Assembly: GCA_048938895.1 (NCBI GenBank)
Contig: JBHLLU010000022.1
Span: 1-64,000, forward strand
Direction: 5' to 3'
Source: Promethearchaeota archaeon
GTDB lineage: Archaea > Asgardarchaeota > Lokiarchaeia > Sigyniarchaeales > SOKP01
DNA: 64,000 nucleotides
The notes below the pieces were generated by a model. It was given only the letters and a program-made list of their open reading frames with translations, made no database searches and was not told the origin of the DNA. Both the position numbers and the translations under genes were made by a program. Positions 58,603 through 64,000 of the stretch are shown in pieces. The first letter of the stretch is position 1; each line of letters opens with the position of its first letter.

Positions 58603-60509
58603 TTTATTCCCTCTTTTGTTAGATTAAATTTTGGATCATACAAGTGACAACTCACGAAATAGTTTGGTTCGACTTCAATTGGTTTAGGTAAAATTTTATC
58701 GCATGGTTCAAATCTAAAATTGCAACGAGGATGAAACCGACATCCTGAAGGAGGATAAATTAGGTTTGGGACCATACCAGGTATAATTTCCAACGATTCT
58801 CTCCTTTTTCCTACAATTGGTACAGAGGATATAAGTTTTCTTGTATATGGATGGAAACTTCTGCTAAATAAAATTCTTTTACTCCCATATTCTACTATTC
58901 GACCACTATACATAACCGCAACACGATCACACATTTTAGAGATAATCCCTAAATCGTGCGTTATAAATAAGATTGCAGTGTTAGTTTTAGCTTTAAGTTC
59001 TTTCATTAATTTTAGAATTTGATTTTGGATTGTAACATCCAAGGCAGTTGTTGGTTCATCTGCAATCAGCAATTTAGGGCTACAAGCAAGTCCCATGGCT
59101 ATTTGTACTCGTTGACGCATTCCGCCACTTAATTCATGGGGATATCTATCATATATCGATTTTGGATCTGGAATATTCAGCTCTCTTAAAAGATTCTCTG
59201 TCCATTCTCGTGCTATACTAAAAATACTTTTATTTTCTGATTTGGATGCTTCCACTAGCAACTCATTTTCTTTATGTAAAAGTAACACCTCAGAGATTTG
59301 ATCGCCTATTTTAAATACGGGGTTTAGAGAATTTAATGGATCCTGAAATATCATGGTAATCTCATCACCTCTATACGGCAATATTTCTCGTTCGGATTTT
59401 GCAGTTAAATCAATATCTTTGAAATTAACATTACCACGTATTATTTTACCAGGAGGCTGAATTAAATTGAGGACTGAAAGTGCTGTGACGGTTTTTCCAC
59501 ATCCAGTTTCACCGACAAAACCAAGAACTTCCCCCTCAAATATTTTAAATGAAATACTTTCTATAGCCCGAACAGTTCCTTCCTCAGTATAAAAATAAGT
59601 GGTTAGGTCTTCAACCTCCAAAACAATCCTATCTTTTTCTTTTTTCTCTAATTCTATTTTTCGATCTTCCTGACTTTGTAAAATTTCTTGTATTTTTAAT
59701 GAACTCAATTTAGATGCTTTGGGTAAAAATATCCATTTTAGTGATGCAAAAAAAGAAAAGAAAAAGACACTTGTTACCACTAAAATCAATATCCGTATAT
59801 CTTGCTTGTATAAAGTTATATTAAATAATCTTGAAAGATATAATTCAACTATAACTAATTGTATAGACCAAACCCCAAAAGCTATTAACGCTCCAAAAAG
59901 TGCAGAATTGTGAAAGAGCATTTTAGGTATTCGTTTTTCTATAGGTCTTAACTGGTTGATGACAATGATCAAGAAATAATCAATAATTATTATAAAAAAT
60001 GCCCATTCAAAACCAAGCAAAAAAACGTCATAATGAGGATCCAATTTATCAGATGGAAGAAAGTCCTCTAGTGGTATATCCAATAAGTCAATTGAAAGGA
60101 ATATTAATGCACTAACCCATGAGGCAACAATAATTAAAATGCCTCTTTTATTAATTTTGACTTTTATATTTCTATTGTTTATATTCTTTTTTTCAAATTT
60201 TTTCAAGAATAATTTAAAAAAAACATAAAAAAAACTAGTCATTACGGCAAAGAAGAAGTATATACTGTTCAAAAGAATAGCAAATGTACTAAAATAACCT
60301 AAAAAAGCTATTAGTGATCTCAAACCTAAAGTTGATCCAAACGCAATAATTATTACAAGATATGTACTCAAGGTTTCTTTCTTATGTGCTATATATTCTT
60401 CTGTTAAAAGGAATTTATTAGCGGTTCTAACGATGAATAACAATAAGATTGTCGAAAATAATGTTTCAATTAGAATCATTCCAAAGTTCAGAAAATATTG
60501 AAATAACAT
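58599..60509 (-). CDS. Peptide ABC transporter ATPase (DppD/OppD-like) with N-terminal ~7-TM domain
   Basis: GETGCGKT, LSGGMRQR, ADEPTTALDVTIQ, CRFHPRC; about 260-aa hydrophobic N-terminus. Confidence 0.9.
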   Translation of the reverse strand: MLFQYFLNFGMILIETLFSTILLLFIVRTANKFLLTEEYIAHKKETLSTYLVIIIAFGSTLGLRSLIAFLGYFSTFAILLNSIYFFFAVMTSFFYVFFKLFLKKFEKKNINNRNIKVKINKRGILIIVASWVSALIFLSIDLLDIPLEDFLPSDKLDPHYDVFLLGFEWAFFIIIIDYFLIIVINQLRPIEKRIPKMLFHNSALFGALIAFGVWSIQLVIVELYLSRLFNITLYKQDIRILILVVTSVFFFSFFASLKWIFLPKASKLSSLKIQEILQSQEDRKIELEKKEKDRIVLEVEDLTTYFYTEEGTVRAIESISFKIFEGEVLGFVGETGCGKTVTALSVLNLIQPPGKIIRGNVNFKDIDLTAKSEREILPYRGDEITMIFQDPLNSLNPVFKIGDQISEVLLLHKENELLVEASKSENKSIFSIAREWTENLLRELNIPDPKSIYDRYPHELSGGMRQRVQIAMGLACSPKLLIADEPTTALDVTIQNQILKLMKELKAKTNTAILFITHDLGIISKMCDRVAVMYSGRIVEYGSKRILFSRSFHPYTRKLISSVPIVGKRRESLEIIPGMVPNLIYPPSGCRFHPRCNFRFEPCDKILPKPIEVEPNYFVSCHLYDPKFNLTKEGIN

Positions 60510-60518
60510 CTTTATCTC

Positions 60519-61502
60519 CTACCTATTTTTAGGGTCAAGAGCATCTCTTAAACCATCTCCAATTAACATAAATCCCATAACTGCTATTAATATAAACAGT
60601 CCGGGCCAGAATGCAGCATAGTAACTCGAAAACTGGACTCTAGCAAAATTAATGTCAGTACCCCAATCTGGAAGACTTTGATCACCAAAGCCTAGAAAAC
60701 TAATAGATGTTAAGCCTAGGATAGCTGCTCCAACTCCACCAAAGAAATTGATTATTATAGGCGAGATTGCGTTAGGTATGATATGCTTAAACATTATCTT
60801 AAAGTCTTTTGCCCCTCCTGTAGTGGCAGCTTCAATATATAAACTTTGTTTCACTTGAAGTACAGAGGATCGCATTAGTCTTGAATATCCTGGAATTGCA
60901 AGAAATCCGAATAAAATGAGCATAAATAAAAGATTCTGACCAACCATTTCGATGAACAAGATAAGTAAAATTAATGAAGGAAATATCATTACTAAATCCA
61001 CTGCACGCATTATAATAGCATCAATTTTCCCTCCAAAGTATGCTGAAATTGTACCTAATACAATCCCTCCAAAAGCCGCAATTATAATTGTTATAAATCC
61101 GAAAAGAATTGCAGTTCTACAGCCCCAAATTAACCGACCTAAAATGTCGTAAGCATATCTTGTTGTACCTAGTGGATGATCCGGTGATGGATCAGCAAAC
61201 GGATCCCCACCAGTTATTCCTCTATTTGTAAGTTCATCAACCGTAAAAGGGGTTAACCAAGGAGCATAAACAGCACAAAATATAATAAATAATATTAAAA
61301 TAAACCCAAAAATTGTTAATGGCGAAAGAATCCGCCTAAAAACTTTTCTTTTTGACTTCATTTTTCCGAGTTCATATTCAATTTCTGTGAACTGTGGATC
61401 GCGCCATCCAGGAATTAAGTAAAATTTTAAATTTCTTAAAAAATTATTACTCGTTTTATTTTCTAAAGTTTCTTTTAAACTCTTAACTTTCTGTAAAGTC
61501 AT
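60519..61502 (-). CDS. Peptide ABC transporter permease (DppC/OppC-like)
   Basis: HPLGT, YIEAA..GA...IMFKHIIPN, LSFLG-like ISFLG, GDGLRDALDP. Confidence 0.95.
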   Translation of the reverse strand: MTLQKVKSLKETLENKTSNNFLRNLKFYLIPGWRDPQFTEIEYELGKMKSKRKVFRRILSPLTIFGFILILFIIFCAVYAPWLTPFTVDELTNRGITGGDPFADPSPDHPLGTTRYAYDILGRLIWGCRTAILFGFITIIIAAFGGIVLGTISAYFGGKIDAIIMRAVDLVMIFPSLILLILFIEMVGQNLLFMLILFGFLAIPGYSRLMRSSVLQVKQSLYIEAATTGGAKDFKIMFKHIIPNAISPIIINFFGGVGAAILGLTSISFLGFGDQSLPDWGTDINFARVQFSSYYAAFWPGLFILIAVMGFMLIGDGLRDALDPKNR

Positions 61503-61524
61503 CTCATCACTTCTGAATATTTTA

Positions 61525-62589
61525 TTATTTATATGTTATACGAGGATCGATAATTGTGTATAATATGTCAGCGATTAAATTTCCCGAGAGAATGATAATC
61601 GCTGTTAGAACTAATAGACCATTAATAACTAAATAATCACCAAGGTTGATAGCTTTATACATATTATAACCCATGCCTGTGTAATTAAAGATGAATTCAA
61701 GAAAAAGTGCACCAGTTAATCTAGCTGCTGTTCCTCCAACAATAAAATTACTAGTTGGAATTAATGCATTTCTAAGAGCATGTTTATTTATAACTTCTTT
61801 TTCTTTAACACCTTTAGCTCGTGCAGTCCTAATATAATCTTGTTCTAAAACTTCTAACATACTAGCGCGGGTTTGCCTTGTAATGCCTGTTAATGATACG
61901 ATCGTCATGCATAAAATAGGAAGAATTAAATGTATAAGCGTATCATGTATAAGAACTTGATCATTGAATATAAGGCCATCAATAATCCTAAATCCTGTAC
62001 TAAAGGGCCAGTCAGGATCTGGATATCTTATTGTGACTGAGTTAGGATTCATGATCTCTAAACTAAAACCCCCATATGTAAAATCAAATAGAATTTTTCC
62101 TACAAAATATTGAAGCATTGTACCAATCCAGTACACTGGCAAGCAAGTTCCTAAAATAACAATAACTCGAATAAAAGTATCTTTAGCCTTATTTTTTTCC
62201 TTTGCTGATACAATCCCAAGTTTGACAGCTATAATTGGAATAACAATTATAGGGATGATTACTAACTCAATAGTTTTAGGATAAATCTTCCCGATTATTT
62301 CTAATACTGGTTCCCCATCAGCAATAACATAAGAAGTCCCCCAATCACCTGTAAAGAATTGTTTAAAATAAATTAATAATTGGACATAAATTGGTTTATC
62401 TATACCAATTCTTCTTTTTTCTGCTTTGATTAATTCCGGATCTGGTAATAGACCTAATTTATTTAAAACAGGATCCACAAACATCATGCGGGATAATATA
62501 AAGGTTAATATTAGACTCAAAAGTAGCATAGGAATCATAATAAGAATGCGTTTAGTGATATATTTAAACATATTTTTTGTTTGAGCCAT
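61525..62589 (-). CDS. Peptide ABC transporter permease (DppB/OppB-like)
   Basis: GDWGTS, RASMLEVLEQDYIRTARAKG, HALRNALIP, DILYTIIDPRI. Confidence 0.95.
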   Translation of the reverse strand: MAQTKNMFKYITKRILIMIPMLLLSLILTFILSRMMFVDPVLNKLGLLPDPELIKAEKRRIGIDKPIYVQLLIYFKQFFTGDWGTSYVIADGEPVLEIIGKIYPKTIELVIIPIIVIPIIAVKLGIVSAKEKNKAKDTFIRVIVILGTCLPVYWIGTMLQYFVGKILFDFTYGGFSLEIMNPNSVTIRYPDPDWPFSTGFRIIDGLIFNDQVLIHDTLIHLILPILCMTIVSLTGITRQTRASMLEVLEQDYIRTARAKGVKEKEVINKHALRNALIPTSNFIVGGTAARLTGALFLEFIFNYTGMGYNMYKAINLGDYLVINGLLVLTAIIILSGNLIADILYTIIDPRITYK

Positions 62590-62767
62590 TTAATATCCTC
62601 CAACTTATTACAATCTATTTTTCTGAAAATATATTTTTTTTTTAATTATTGTTTATAGTTTAAAATAATTAAAATTAATTGTTAAACAAACTATATATAA
62701 ACTTTAAATAATTTCGCGACAAAGTGATTATTAACCTAATTTTTAAAAAACATTAAAAAAAAAATTG

Positions 62768-64000
62768 ATGATAAAAATGAAAAATAAACTTTTAGTTATA
62801 ATTCTAATAGCAATATTTTTCTCGATGCCATTCATAAATGTAGTAGCTCTTCCCAAAACTTCTCAAACCCCCAGTAAGAACTTTGTTGTTGGTACTTGGG
62901 TTGCCTCTGGATGGGGTGATTGGGACCCTCCAATCTATATTTCGTTACCGAATAATTATTATCTCCAGAACTGTCTTGAAGGGTTAGTTTGGACAGATTT
63001 AGATGGTGTTCCTCATCCTTTACTCGCAACTAATTGGACTATCTATTCTCGACCTGATGAGGGAGGTCACACAGGAGGAGTCAAAGCAATAGCACTTTCA
63101 TTGCGACAAGGAGTGAAATTCCATGATGGATCTGATTGGAATGCATCAGTTGCTAAATGGAATATGGATCGATGGACTGATATTTCGGGGAACTTAACAG
63201 GTTCTGGTGATGCACAAAATAGAGATTTTTATTGGTTTGATGCTTCTCAATGGGATAATGAATTTACTGCTAATTGGAATTTATCATGGCACCAATCTGA
63301 CCTTTTTGGGTTAGGCTCTGAAATTCCGATAATCAACAATACTGAAATTATAAATCCTTATTTGATTAATGTAACCTTTAATACATGGACTACTACGGCC
63401 TCATACTTTGCTGGGGCTACAGCTATGATGATTTCTAAGCAATCGTACAGTCCTTGGACTAATGAGCCTATTTATGGTATTGGAGAACATCCAGATTTTC
63501 CTCAAGATAATCCAGCTATATTTCCAGGGCATTTGATAGGTACAGGTCCTTATATATTTGATTATTATGACGCTGCAATTACTTCAACTGGACATGTAAT
63601 TAAAAATGAAAATTATTGGAATAAAACAGCACTTGAAGCTACTGGATTATTTAGCATTACTGATGTGTATATCCGTCATTATGCAGATTTTGAATCTCGT
63701 ACCACAGCAATACTAACAGGAGAAATAGATTTTATTGCTGATTTAGCCCAGATTCCAATTACTGACCACGATGCTGTCTTAACTGATCCCTTACTTAAAT
63801 ATGATCCTACATATCTCGATCCTGGGGTAGTGGAAATTACTTTTAAATGTGAAGAAGGCCTCAATACTCCAACACCTCCAGGACCACCGTATTATGGATT
63901 AACTCCAAAACAAATATTCCCTTCAATTTCTGGGGGATTACCATTACCTGATGGAGTAAATAGAACTGTACGAAGAGCACTAACATATTCATTTGATTAT
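62768..64000 (+). CDS. Peptide ABC transporter family-5 substrate-binding protein; runs off the window end
   Basis: Not in ORF track. ATG 62768: MIKMKNKLLVIILIAIFFS signal, LEGL, HPLLATNW, LRQGVKFHDGSDWNASVAKWNMDR, IGTGPY; divergent from the permeases. Confidence 0.9.
   Translation, partial: MIKMKNKLLVIILIAIFFSMPFINVVALPKTSQTPSKNFVVGTWVASGWGDWDPPIYISLPNNYYLQNCLEGLVWTDLDGVPHPLLATNWTIYSRPDEGGHTGGVKAIALSLRQGVKFHDGSDWNASVAKWNMDRWTDISGNLTGSGDAQNRDFYWFDASQWDNEFTANWNLSWHQSDLFGLGSEIPIINNTEIINPYLINVTFNTWTTTASYFAGATAMMISKQSYSPWTNEPIYGIGEHPDFPQDNPAIFPGHLIGTGPYIFDYYDAAITSTGHVIKNENYWNKTALEATGLFSITDVYIRHYADFESRTTAILTGEIDFIADLAQIPITDHDAVLTDPLLKYDPTYLDPGVVEITFKCEEGLNTPTPPGPPYYGLTPKQIFPSISGGLPLPDGVNRTVRRALTYSFDY

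Noticed and set aside
62832-63864. Minus-strand ORFs 62832..63029 and 63679..63864
   Set aside because: Antisense to the continuous plus-strand substrate-binding protein frame starting at 62768.
1-64000. tRNA, rRNA, transposase, integrase or CRISPR array
   Set aside because: No GC-rich structural RNA tract, cloverleaf, DDE or tyrosine-recombinase motif, or regular short repeat seen by eye; tRNAscan and Infernal would be needed to exclude them formally.

Overview
Very AT-rich (roughly 30% GC by eye), densely coding archaeal window. IorAB, an ADP-forming acyl-CoA synthetase, BRE/TATA promoters, a Roadblock/LC7 protein, a ubiquitin-like protein and C-terminally anchored surface proteins point to an Asgard archaeon, probably Lokiarchaeia (inference, no marker gene present). 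Metabolic content: aromatic 2-oxoacid oxidation (iorAB, acdA, ACT), acyl-CoA dehydrogenase/EtfAB, hydrolases, radical SAM, MttB-family methyltransferase, a B12 acyl-CoA mutase with MeaB, an IlvD-family dehydratase and a peptide ABC transporter. The best candidate for an undescribed system lies at about 28-41 kb: four paralogous ~220-aa three-helix coiled-coil proteins (possibly BAR-like) with a Roadblock-coiled-coil fusion, a hyper-acidic peptide, an Sm-like mini-protein, an RHH regulator with visible operator repeats, and ion or tension channels (ArsB/NhaD-type permease, CorA, two MscS). Other notable items: a GG-less ubiquitin-like gene ahead of two giant helical-repeat paralogs (one ending in an intact nitrilase domain), a candidate ~105-nt structured sRNA, a mutase with a non-canonical active site, ABC ATPases fused to membrane domains, and relic copies of corA and ilvD. 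I saw no rRNA, tRNA, CRISPR array or transposase. All family assignments are from motif recognition by eye.
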